From: Candidatus Glassbacteria bacterium
GTDB taxonomy: Bacteria; Gemmatimonadota; Glassbacteria; GWA2-58-10
Reading direction: 5' to 3'
Length of the DNA: 64,000 nt
Assembly (NCBI GenBank): GCA_019456185.1
Contig: VRUH01000007.1
Location: forward strand, 6,829 to 70,828
The position numbers and the translations under genes were made by a program. Below the pieces are notes generated by a model. The model saw nothing but the letters and a program-made list of their open reading frames with translations. It made no database searches and was not told the origin of the DNA. Of the stretch, positions 56,199 through 64,000 are shown in pieces (the stretch's first letter is position 1; each line of letters starts with the position of its first letter).

Positions 56199-57137
56199 TC
56201 AAAGCTTGTGGGCGGTGCCGATCAGGGAACCGATCTCCTCGACTTCCATCTCAGCGCACCACCCGGCCAGGCCCTCGATCACCTGGCGCGCGGCCTGGGG
56301 ATGGACGAAACTGGCGGTGCCCACCTGGACCAGGCTGGCCCCGGCCATGATATATTCCAGCGCGTGCTCGGCGTTGACAATCCCGCCGATCCCGATAATC
56401 GGCAGCGGGTGGTCCATCCGCAGCATCTGCTGGTAGACCTTGTACACACAGGCCACGCCCACCGGTCGAATGGCCGGGCCGCTCAGCCCGCCGAAGCCGT
56501 GGGCCAGCACGGGCTTGCGGCGCTTGATGTCGATTTTCATCCCGGGCAGGGTGTTGATCAGACTCAGCGCGTCGGCCCCCGCCTCCACGGCCGCTTCGGC
56601 CAGGGCGGCGATATCGGTGACATTGGGGGTTAGCTTGGCGATCACCGGCACTTCGACTTTAGCGCGGATACCCGAGACAACGCTACGCACGCTCTTGCAG
56701 TCGGCGCCGAAATGGATATAGCCGGCCTTGATATTGGGGCAGCCCAGGTTGACCTCCAGGGCGTCCACGCCATCGGCCCGCCCCACCGCCTCGGCCACCT
56801 CGATAAATTCCTCGACACTGAAACCCGCGACATTGACCACCACCCGCGAGTTACCGGCGTGTTTCACAATCCAGGGCAGCTTCTCGTCCAGGAACACGTC
56901 GAGCCCCACGTTGGCCAGGCCGATAGAGTTGAGCATCCCGCTGTCGGTCTCCACAATCCGCGGAGTCGGGTTGCCCTTGCGCGCCTGGCGGGTGATTGTC
57001 TTGGTCACCAGCGCGCCGAGTTCGCTGAACGGCATGATGTCGAAATACTCATCCCCGTAGCCGAACGTGCCGCTGGCCACCAGTACCGGGTTCTGGAACT
57101 CCAGGCCCATGCAGCGGATTGTCAGGTCAGGGTCCAT
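56199..57137 (-). CDS. pyrD: Dihydroorotate dehydrogenase catalytic subunit (class 1B)
   Basis: MDPDLTIRCMGLEFQNPVLVASGTFGYG and NLGCPN. Adjusted ATG at 57137. Confidence 0.85.
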   Translation of the reverse strand: MDPDLTIRCMGLEFQNPVLVASGTFGYGDEYFDIMPFSELGALVTKTITRQARKGNPTPRIVETDSGMLNSIGLANVGLDVFLDEKLPWIVKHAGNSRVVVNVAGFSVEEFIEVAEAVGRADGVDALEVNLGCPNIKAGYIHFGADCKSVRSVVSGIRAKVEVPVIAKLTPNVTDIAALAEAAVEAGADALSLINTLPGMKIDIKRRKPVLAHGFGGLSGPAIRPVGVACVYKVYQQMLRMDHPLPIIGIGGIVNAEHALEYIMAGASLVQVGTASFVHPQAARQVIEGLAGWCAEMEVEEIGSLIGTAHKL

Positions 57138-57928
57138 GCGACCTCGAAACCGTTGAATACCGGACCGTCGGTGCAGCAGCGCCTGTAAACCGTCTCGTCC
57201 CCGTTCCAGACCGGGATCACGCATCCCTGGCAGATACCCTTGCCGCAGGCCATGTACTCCTCGCAGCCTGTCTGGAACAGTTCCACTTTTTCCGGAGATA
57301 TGATCGCGGCCACGGCCGCCATCATCGCGTTGGGTCCGCAGGCGTAGAGCGCCGGAGGGGATTCGACAGCGGAGAACATCGGGGCGAAAATATCGGTGAT
57401 CAGGCCGCGGTGGCCCACCACGCCGTCCTCGGTGGCCACGTGGATTTTAACCCCGTCCGGCAGGATTCCCGCCAGGTCCACAACTCTGGCGCCGGTCAAC
57501 TCACCGTAGATCAACTCCACTTCCAGGCCGAGTTCCCCGGCCAGCTTGCCGGCCAGCATCGCCATCGGCGGCAGGCCGATCCCGCCGCCGAGCAGGATCG
57601 CGCGGCCCGCTTTCCGGGGCATCGTGAAGGAATTACCCAGCGGACCGAACTCGCCGATCCTGTCGCCCGGCTGAAGCCCCGCCATCCAGCGGGTCGCCTT
57701 GCCGAACGTGCGGAACATGATTTCTACCCGGCCGGCTCCATCGGTGCGGTAATAACTGAACGGCCTGGGCAGAAACACGTTCGAGGCGCCCGGGCTGGGG
57801 CTGATCATGCAGAACTGTCCCGGCTGGATAACTCCCGCCAGCGCCGGGAGATCGTAAGACAGAACGAAGGTATCCTCGGCCAGCTGAGTTATTCCCGCGA
57901 CTTCCACCCACTCGAAAGACGGACTCAA
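57122..57928 (-). CDS. pyrK: Dihydroorotate dehydrogenase electron-transfer subunit
   Basis: FAD/NAD-binding fold and a C-terminal 2Fe-2S cysteine cluster CGKGICQGC. Overlaps pyrD by 16 nt. Confidence 0.8.
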   Translation of the reverse strand: MSPSFEWVEVAGITQLAEDTFVLSYDLPALAGVIQPGQFCMISPSPGASNVFLPRPFSYYRTDGAGRVEIMFRTFGKATRWMAGLQPGDRIGEFGPLGNSFTMPRKAGRAILLGGGIGLPPMAMLAGKLAGELGLEVELIYGELTGARVVDLAGILPDGVKIHVATEDGVVGHRGLITDIFAPMFSAVESPPALYACGPNAMMAAVAAIISPEKVELFQTGCEEYMACGKGICQGCVIPVWNGDETVYRRCCTDGPVFNGFEVAWTLT

Positions 57929-59670
57929 ACACCACCTCCCGCACCCGCTCCGTGTTGCTCCCAGTATAACCGCCTGCGCATCTGCAGCCAGCTCTCCTGG
58001 CCCGGCAGCGGACGCGCGCCGGGGGCCACGGCTCCACCAGCCGGGCTGGCGGCCCGCTCGATTCTGGGGGGCGTGTAAGCGGCCAGTTCATCGAGGTAGA
58101 AATTGGCCGGCCGCTCCGGGATTTCGAGTCCCAGTCTGCGGCGGGCGCGGTCGGCGTAGCGGGTGTCGGGGAAATTGGCGATCACGAGGTCCAGCGCCTG
58201 GCTGTAGCGTGCGCTGTCACCGAGCATCTCGCTGACCCCGGCGATATTGATCGCGGCCTTGGGCGCCCAGATCGTATTGGGATATTCGAACAGCACGCGC
58301 TCGTAGCGGGCGAGGGCGATCTGGTAGTCGCCCTTGTTTTCGTGGTTTTCGGCCAGCAGAAATTCCAGCCGGGCCAGGGCGTCGCGGTTGGTGGTACTGT
58401 CGCTGGCCTCGATCTGCACGTAGATCGTGAACAGGTCCCGCACGTCACTGATCTGCTCTGCGGCAGCCTCGATAAAAACCGAGTTAGGGTCATCGCGGCG
58501 CACGCCCCTTAAGCTCATCTCGGCCAGCTTGTAGGACAGCAGACGCTGGCTGAGTCCGAGCAGAGGCTCGATCGTTTTGGAGGTGAGGCGGAATTCCAGC
58601 AGTTCCAGGCTGTCGACCGCAATCGAATCAAGCTGGCCGGGATGTTTGATATAGTCTTTATAGAGCAAACCCAGCTCGTACCAGGCGGCGGCCGAATAGC
58701 CCGTGCGCGGCACATCTTCGAGAATTTTCTCGAAACCCTCCTTGGCCTCCCGGTAACGGTTCAGATATGTGTACTCCACATTGATCCCCAGCCTGGCCTC
58801 CGCGCGCTCCTCGATAAAGCGCGCCTGCTGGAGAGCCTGGTTGTAAAGCTCGAGAGCTTCCTCGTGCTCCTCCATCCTGCTGCGGCTGCGGGCCATGCTG
58901 ATCAATCCCTCCCACTTCTGGGCCTCGTTGTCGCCTTTTTCATAAAGCTCCCCGAAAATCTTCAGGGCCTGTTCGTACTCGGCATTTTCGAAATGGATCG
59001 AGGCGATCAGCGAGAGGACCTCGCCCATCCGGTCGAAATCATCGTAGTTCTCGCGAATGCCGATAAGCACTTCCCAGGCGCGCTCGTAATTTTCCAGTTC
59101 GAACAGGGTGCGACCCAGGTTGAACTGGGCCAGGGGACGGTACTCGCTTTTGGGGAAATTATCCAGCAGCCTTTCGATACCAAGTTCGGCCAGGCCGATA
59201 TCGCCGCGCTCCAGATCGGTCAGAACGAGGTAGTACTGGGCGTCATCGCGGAACTTACTCTTTTTCTGGGTTTCGAGCAGCTTACGGAAACTGGATTCGG
59301 CCTGGATAAACCGGTTGAGCTGAAAGAACGCCTTGCCCATCAGGATCAGCGCGTCGTCGCTGCGACGGCCCTCGGGGGCCTGGGCCAGGAAGGCCAGGCA
59401 TTTGCGCGCCGCCTCCTCGAAAAACTGCTGGCCCGGGACCTGAGTCTGGTTTCCCACTCGTCTGGTGAAGGCGTAGTTGATTCCCTTGGTCTGCAGCCGG
59501 ACCCGTTCGACCTCGGCCATGCCCTGTTTATAAGCCTCCTTGGCCCAGAACACCGAGTTATATGTCCGGTAGCCCGTACACCCGGCCGCAATCAATACCG
59601 CCAGTGTGGTCGAGACACCCACGGCGGCCAACATTTTCCCAAGCATACTCAACTCCATGCCAGCTAACAA
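57925..59670 (-). CDS. Large TPR-repeat lipoprotein of unknown function
   Basis: Lipobox LIAAGCTG followed by about 550 aa of TPR-like helical repeats. ATGA overlap with pyrK. Confidence 0.55.
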   Translation of the reverse strand: MLAGMELSMLGKMLAAVGVSTTLAVLIAAGCTGYRTYNSVFWAKEAYKQGMAEVERVRLQTKGINYAFTRRVGNQTQVPGQQFFEEAARKCLAFLAQAPEGRRSDDALILMGKAFFQLNRFIQAESSFRKLLETQKKSKFRDDAQYYLVLTDLERGDIGLAELGIERLLDNFPKSEYRPLAQFNLGRTLFELENYERAWEVLIGIRENYDDFDRMGEVLSLIASIHFENAEYEQALKIFGELYEKGDNEAQKWEGLISMARSRSRMEEHEEALELYNQALQQARFIEERAEARLGINVEYTYLNRYREAKEGFEKILEDVPRTGYSAAAWYELGLLYKDYIKHPGQLDSIAVDSLELLEFRLTSKTIEPLLGLSQRLLSYKLAEMSLRGVRRDDPNSVFIEAAAEQISDVRDLFTIYVQIEASDSTTNRDALARLEFLLAENHENKGDYQIALARYERVLFEYPNTIWAPKAAINIAGVSEMLGDSARYSQALDLVIANFPDTRYADRARRRLGLEIPERPANFYLDELAAYTPPRIERAASPAGGAVAPGARPLPGQESWLQMRRRLYWEQHGAGAGGGV

Positions 59671-59700
59671 GTTCCCCGCTTCATTGTCTCCGGCGCAGGC

Positions 59701-60915
59701 TCACGAGCCGTTGGCTAGCTTGCGATGATACTGTTCCACGTATTTGATTATCCCGTTGGTGATCGCATCGGCCAACCTGTCGCGGAAAGCCGAGGTGTTC
59801 AGTTTTTTCTCATCGCCCGGATTGGAGATATAGGCTGTTTCCACCAGCGCCGCGGGCATGTAACTTCCGCGCAGTACCGCAAAATTCGCTTGCCCCAATC
59901 CGAGGTCCTTCAATCCGTTGATAACCGCCAAATCCCTCTGAATAAACATACTCAGATCCTGACTCTCCCGTAGTTGCTCATTCTGGGCCATATCCTGGAG
60001 AATCAGGCCAATCTCATCGTTACCCGGGCTGACTTTCCCCTCGACTTCGTATTTCAGCGCCTCATTTTCCAGCATCTCGGTAGCTCGATCTTCATTCGTC
60101 TTGGCTTCGCTGAGGAAAAACGTTTTAGAGCCATTTGTACTTCTGCTCGATGAGGCATTAACATGGATACTGACAAACAAATCGCCATTCAGTTTATTGG
60201 CAATCGAGCCTCTATCGCCCGCATAAATGTATTTATCGTTATCCCGAATAAGCAGGATTTTAAGATTTGTTTTATTTTTGAGGTTTCGTACAAGTTTTTT
60301 TGCGATATCCAGGACAATGTGCTTTTCGTGAAGTTTGTAATTTCTGGCAATTGTACCTGGGTCTTTTCCCCCGTGGCCGGGATCGATCACCACCGTTCGG
60401 ATCCGGTAGCTCCGGCCGTCATGGGTGGCGACAGCCGGCCGGGACGGTGAGCTTGCTCCGCGGTCGACCAGACGGCGCCCGGTCTTGTCGTAGATGAACC
60501 TGTGGGGCAGCAGACGCGGAAGGTATTCTACGGCCAGCTGCAACGGCACCAGGAACCGTCCGGCCTCCAGGCGGGGGGCGGCCACCAGTTGATAGCTGTT
60601 CCCCCCGGCCTGGAAAAACGCGACCATATCATCGAAACTGAACTCCGTTCCGCCGATACGCCAATCGATCCCGGCTCCCGGAATTCTCCAGACCAGCCGG
60701 CCGCCGAGAAACTTATCGAGTTCCCGCAGATCGAGAAACCCGCCTGAGTCGCGGCTGAAGACTTCGATCTCCCCGGCCGCCGCGCCCGGCTCACCGACGA
60801 TTCTGAACACAGCCGCGGCGGACAGTTCAGCGTTTCCGCCAACCAGCGCCGCAATCAGCGCCAGTCCGGCCATCCAGGTAACAGCCTTGTTCCGGTCATG
60901 TGGCGTTGATCTCAT
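59701..60915 (-). CDS. N-acetylmuramoyl-L-alanine amidase (AmiC-like, with an N-terminal AMIN domain)
   Basis: TVVIDPGHGGKDPG and LFVSIHVNAS place it in the Amidase_3 family. The N-terminal beta-rich region is consistent with an AMIN domain. Confidence 0.8.
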   Translation of the reverse strand: MRSTPHDRNKAVTWMAGLALIAALVGGNAELSAAAVFRIVGEPGAAAGEIEVFSRDSGGFLDLRELDKFLGGRLVWRIPGAGIDWRIGGTEFSFDDMVAFFQAGGNSYQLVAAPRLEAGRFLVPLQLAVEYLPRLLPHRFIYDKTGRRLVDRGASSPSRPAVATHDGRSYRIRTVVIDPGHGGKDPGTIARNYKLHEKHIVLDIAKKLVRNLKNKTNLKILLIRDNDKYIYAGDRGSIANKLNGDLFVSIHVNASSSRSTNGSKTFFLSEAKTNEDRATEMLENEALKYEVEGKVSPGNDEIGLILQDMAQNEQLRESQDLSMFIQRDLAVINGLKDLGLGQANFAVLRGSYMPAALVETAYISNPGDEKKLNTSAFRDRLADAITNGIIKYVEQYHRKLANGS

Positions 60916-60924
60916 CGGCCCGGC

Positions 60925-61410
60925 TCACAGATCCCTTACTTTACGCAATTCGCGTTCGGTTTCACGCTCGGCGGTCTTTCGCTTGAGGTCCTCGCGCTTG
61001 TCGTGGAGCTTTTTGCCCCGTGCCAGTGCGATTTTGACTTTCGCCCAGCCATCGCGGAAATAGATACTCAGCGGGACGAGGGTGAGCCCGCGTTCGAGCA
61101 CTTTCGTCTGCAGCCTGCCGATCTCCCGGCGGCTGAGCAGCAGCTTGCGTTCGCGCAGCGGGTCGTGGTTGTTCCGGTTACCCTGGCTGTATTCGTCGAT
61201 GTGGCAGCCCACCAGGAACACTTCGCCGTCACGGAGCTGGGCGTAGCTCTCCGGCAGGCTGGCCTTGCCGCTGCGCAGTGATTTGACCTCGGTGCCTGTC
61301 AGCACGAGACCGGCCTCGAACTCCTCGATAATATGGTACCGGTAGCGGGCCTTGCGGTTACGGCACACCACCCGGACATTTTCCTCGTCCTTTGTATCTT
61401 TTCCAGCCAT
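60925..61410 (-). CDS. smpB: SsrA-binding protein SmpB
   Basis: 161 aa with RKARYRYHIIEEFEAGLVLTGTEVKSLR. Confidence 0.9.
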   Translation of the reverse strand: MAGKDTKDEENVRVVCRNRKARYRYHIIEEFEAGLVLTGTEVKSLRSGKASLPESYAQLRDGEVFLVGCHIDEYSQGNRNNHDPLRERKLLLSRREIGRLQTKVLERGLTLVPLSIYFRDGWAKVKIALARGKKLHDKREDLKRKTAERETERELRKVRDL

Positions 61411-61555
61411 GATTGATGTCTTGTCCTGGATGATCCGACCAGCCGCGAGTGCTCCTCCGGGTTAATACACCCGGCCTGCTTCCGATGTTCGCGCGGGGCG
61501 CCCGCGACGAACTATGTATGATAGATTTACGGACGTTGAAAATCAAGAAAAATGC

Positions 61556-61584
61556 TTGACACTACCTGATGGTCCGGCTATTTT
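61556..61584 (+). promoter_or_regulatory. Sigma70-like promoter (TTGACA, 17 nt, TATTTT) upstream of tRNA-Leu
   Basis: TTGACA at 61556-61561, 17-nt spacer, TATTTT at 61579-61584. The predicted leader before the tRNA is about 90 nt. Confidence 0.5.
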
Positions 61585-61680
61585 ACACGCCCTAAATACA
61601 CGGGGGTCCCATTGATGGGGGCGGACGTCTGGAAAAGGCGCCCGGGTTGTACGGACAGCCCGCCTCGTACGATTTGCGGT

Positions 61681-61767
61681 GCCGAAGTGGTGAAATTGGT
61701 ATACACGCTAGTTTCAGGGACTAGTGGGAGCAATCCCGTGGGGGTTCGAGTCCCCCCTTCGGCACCA
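61681..61767 (+). tRNA. tRNA-Leu (anticodon CAG), class II with a long variable arm
   Basis: GCCGAAGTGGTGAAATTGGTATACACGCTAGTTTCAGGGACTAGTGGGAGCAATCCCGTGGGGGTTCGAGTCCCCCCTTCGGCACCA. The acceptor stem GCCGAAG pairs with CTTCGGC. Confidence 0.85.
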
Positions 61768-62109
61768 AGTTCTTGCAAACCCGCCACAGTTAAGCATCTG
61801 CCGCCTCACCCTCCCCGCCGGGAGCGTATAGGGAGCGTTTGGGAGCATCCAGCAGGGCGACAGGGCGGTAATCATCAAGCCACCGCTTTGCATCTTTGCA
61901 ATGAACCATCATCCCCGCCTCGGACTACCGCGTTTTTATCGTCTTTCAACAAATCGATGACCCTGAATTTAAGCCTGTCATGATCGACTTTTTCGACTCG
62001 GATACCATAGTTTTCTAACAGTGATACACTCCTGGCGGCACAGCCAAAAGACAATAGGAATAGACATGGGAGCAAGATTGGCTGACTGATATTGAACCCT
62101 TATCTGTTG

Positions 62110-64000
62110 TCAATCATTCCCCGCTTCCTTCCTGCCAAACACGCTGAACAGGCTGGGAATAACGATCATATTCAGAGCTGTGGAGCTTAGCAGCCCTCCA
62201 AGGATTACGATAGCCATCGGCGTTTCGATTTCCTTACCAGGCTCACCTCCGCCGAGAGCCAACGGAACAAGCGCCAGCGCAGCGGTCAGGGCGGTCATCA
62301 AGATCGGGTTAAGCCGTTCAAGCGATCCTCTGACAATTGCCTCACCGAACTCCAAGCCCTCTCCAAGCAAGTGCTGGTAATGGCTGACCATCAGGATGCC
62401 GTTTCGGGTAGCGATCCCAAACAGGGTAATAAAGCCCACCAGAGAGGCGATGCTTATTACGCCGCTGGAAAAGTACACGGCCCAAATACCACCGATCAGA
62501 GCCAGAGGGAGATTGGCCAGGATGAACAGTGCAGGCCTCATCGTGCCAAACTCGATGTAAAGAATCAGGAAAATCCCTGCCATTACTAGCAGGCTGAGTA
62601 ATGATATGGTTCGGGTAGCCTGCTGCTCGCTCTCGAACTGCCCGCCGTACTCGACATGGTATCCAACGGGCAACTCGACATTCCGGTCCACTCTTTCGCG
62701 GATTTCTTCGACCACTCCCCGAAGGTCACCGCCGGTCACGTTGGCCTGAACCACGATCTTGCGCTGGACGTTCTCGCGGCTGATGGAGTTTGGCCCCCGC
62801 TCGTAATAGACATCGGCCAAGCCGCTGAGCGGGACCTTGGCCCCCATCGGCGTATCGAACATTGCCGTGCGAACTTTTTCCAGGCTGCCCCAGCTCGACG
62901 AGTCGTAGCGCACATTTAGACTGAAACTGCGCTGCTGCTCCATCACCTGCGTGGCTTCCTCTCCGGCCAGCGCGATATCCACCATCTCCGCAAGTTCCCG
63001 GACCGAAATCCCGTATGCAGCCAACCGGTTTCTGTCCGGCCTGATTCTCACCTGCGGGACATCCACCTGCTGCTCCACCGCCAGGTCCACCAATCCTTCC
63101 ACGCCCTCCATCTGTGCCTGTACGTTCTGGGCCAGAGAGCGAAGGCGATAGAGATCAGTGCCGAAAATTTTAACCGCGATGTTGGCTCTGGTACCGGAAA
63201 GCATGTGGTCAATCCGGTGGCCGATCGGCTGGCCGATAGTGATACTTGTACCGGGGACTGTTGCGAGTGAATTGCGCAGTCTCTCCAGGAACTCATCCTT
63301 GTCGGCACCATTAAGCTCGATATCCACGTCGATCTCCGCTCCGTTTACTCCCTGCGCGTGCTCATCAAGCTCGGCACGGCCTGTGCGCCTGGCAGTAGAT
63401 ATCACTTCCGGATGCCGCAGCAATATCCGCTCGACCAGCCTGCCGATCCCGTTGGACTCATCCAGCGAGGTCCCAGGCATTGTTGCCACACTGAGCGTAA
63501 GCGAACCCTCGTTAAATTCCGGCAGGAAGGACCTGCCCAACGTGGGCACTACAGCCAACGAAATAGCCAGGGCCACAGTGGAAGCTGCGATAACGGCGCG
63601 TGGATAGCGCAAGGTCACATCCAGCACCTTGCGGTATACCTGTTTGAGCCTGCTGACCAGCCAGCTGTCACCCTCGGTCCGCAGTGCTTTGGATTCAGGC
63701 AGCAGGTATGAGCTAAGTGCGGGAGTAACTGTCAGGGCGACCAGCAGGGAGGCGAAAATCGAAGTGATGTAGGCGAACCCCATCGGTTGCAGCAGCCGTC
63801 CCTCAATTCCGCTAAGGAAGAACAGCGGGACGAAGACTATGATGATAATCAGCGTGGCATTGATCATTGGAGCCATGATTTCGGTCGAGGCTCCGGCGAT
63901 CACCTCCTGGACCGGCCGTTTTTCCGCTGGAGGACGATGGTGGTTTTCTTTGATCCGGCGAAACACGTTTTCCACATAAATAATTGCGTCGTCAACCAGC
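62110..64000 (-). CDS. CzcA/CusA-family heavy-metal efflux RND transporter permease. The N-terminal roughly 40% lies beyond the window end
   Basis: The window's last bases encode LVDDAIIYVENVFRRIKEN, the conserved mid-protein motif, and the reading frame is open to position 64000. The C-terminal half has 6 TM helices and a periplasmic loop. Confidence 0.8.
   Translation of the reverse strand, partial: LVDDAIIYVENVFRRIKENHHRPPAEKRPVQEVIAGASTEIMAPMINATLIIIIVFVPLFFLSGIEGRLLQPMGFAYITSIFASLLVALTVTPALSSYLLPESKALRTEGDSWLVSRLKQVYRKVLDVTLRYPRAVIAASTVALAISLAVVPTLGRSFLPEFNEGSLTLSVATMPGTSLDESNGIGRLVERILLRHPEVISTARRTGRAELDEHAQGVNGAEIDVDIELNGADKDEFLERLRNSLATVPGTSITIGQPIGHRIDHMLSGTRANIAVKIFGTDLYRLRSLAQNVQAQMEGVEGLVDLAVEQQVDVPQVRIRPDRNRLAAYGISVRELAEMVDIALAGEEATQVMEQQRSFSLNVRYDSSSWGSLEKVRTAMFDTPMGAKVPLSGLADVYYERGPNSISRENVQRKIVVQANVTGGDLRGVVEEIRERVDRNVELPVGYHVEYGGQFESEQQATRTISLLSLLVMAGIFLILYIEFGTMRPALFILANLPLALIGGIWAVYFSSGVISIASLVGFITLFGIATRNGILMVSHYQHLLGEGLEFGEAIVRGSLERLNPILMTALTAALALVPLALGGGEPGKEIETPMAIVILGGLLSSTALNMIVIPSLFSVFGRKEAGND

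Noticed and set aside
61411-61680. Possible tmRNA (ssrA) next to smpB
   Set aside because: The region lacks the tmRNA hallmarks: a tRNA-Ala-like 5' end GGGG(C/G)UG, a 3' T-arm ending in a GCCACCA-like tail, and a tag reading frame. What is present is a sigma70-like promoter and a canonical tRNA-Leu.
61875-62075. A 66-codon minus-strand ORF in the low-GC spacer between czcA and tRNA-Leu
   Set aside because: No RBS, no recognisable motif, and atypical composition. It is kept only as context for the possible island junction.

Overview
This is a high-GC (about 63-65%) window from a Gram-negative-type bacterial chromosome; LptD, TatC, many lipobox lipoproteins and an HME-RND pump support the Gram-negative call. 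Its core, about 19.5-61.4 kb, is one uninterrupted minus-strand array of housekeeping genes. From high to low coordinates the order is: smpB, an AMIN-amidase, a TPR lipoprotein, pyrK-pyrD-pyrE, cysS, the tRNA cluster Thr(UGU)-Tyr-Gly-Thr(GGU), tuf (copy 2), rpmG, tRNA-Trp, secE, nusG, rplKAJL, rpoB, rpoC, rpsL, rpsG, fusA, tuf (copy 1), then the complete S10, spc and alpha operons ending at rplQ with a strong terminator. The two tuf genes are nucleotide-identical over the whole CDS. The left 19 kb looks more accessory: a family-5 ABC substrate-binding protein, a same-strand cluster with two GWxTD-domain proteins and a novel lipoprotein, a DUF362 plus membrane polyferredoxin pair, a second copy of that lipoprotein, an epimerase, a class-III aminotransferase, LptD, TatC, MazG and a GHL10-like hydrolase. 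The right edge has a plus-strand tRNA-Leu(CAG) with a consensus promoter, a 340-bp low-GC spacer, and a CzcA-type RND pump running out of the window. I found no CRISPR array, integrase, transposase or toxin system. The candidates for something new are the GWxTD/lipoprotein/SBP operon, the recurring unknown lipoprotein family, the Tat-variant DUF362 plus polyferredoxin module, an unusual 21-bp perfect hairpin, and a repeat-encoded acidic tail on L17. All calls come from reading the sequence and the supplied ORF track with no database search. Protein-family names are recalled from motifs.
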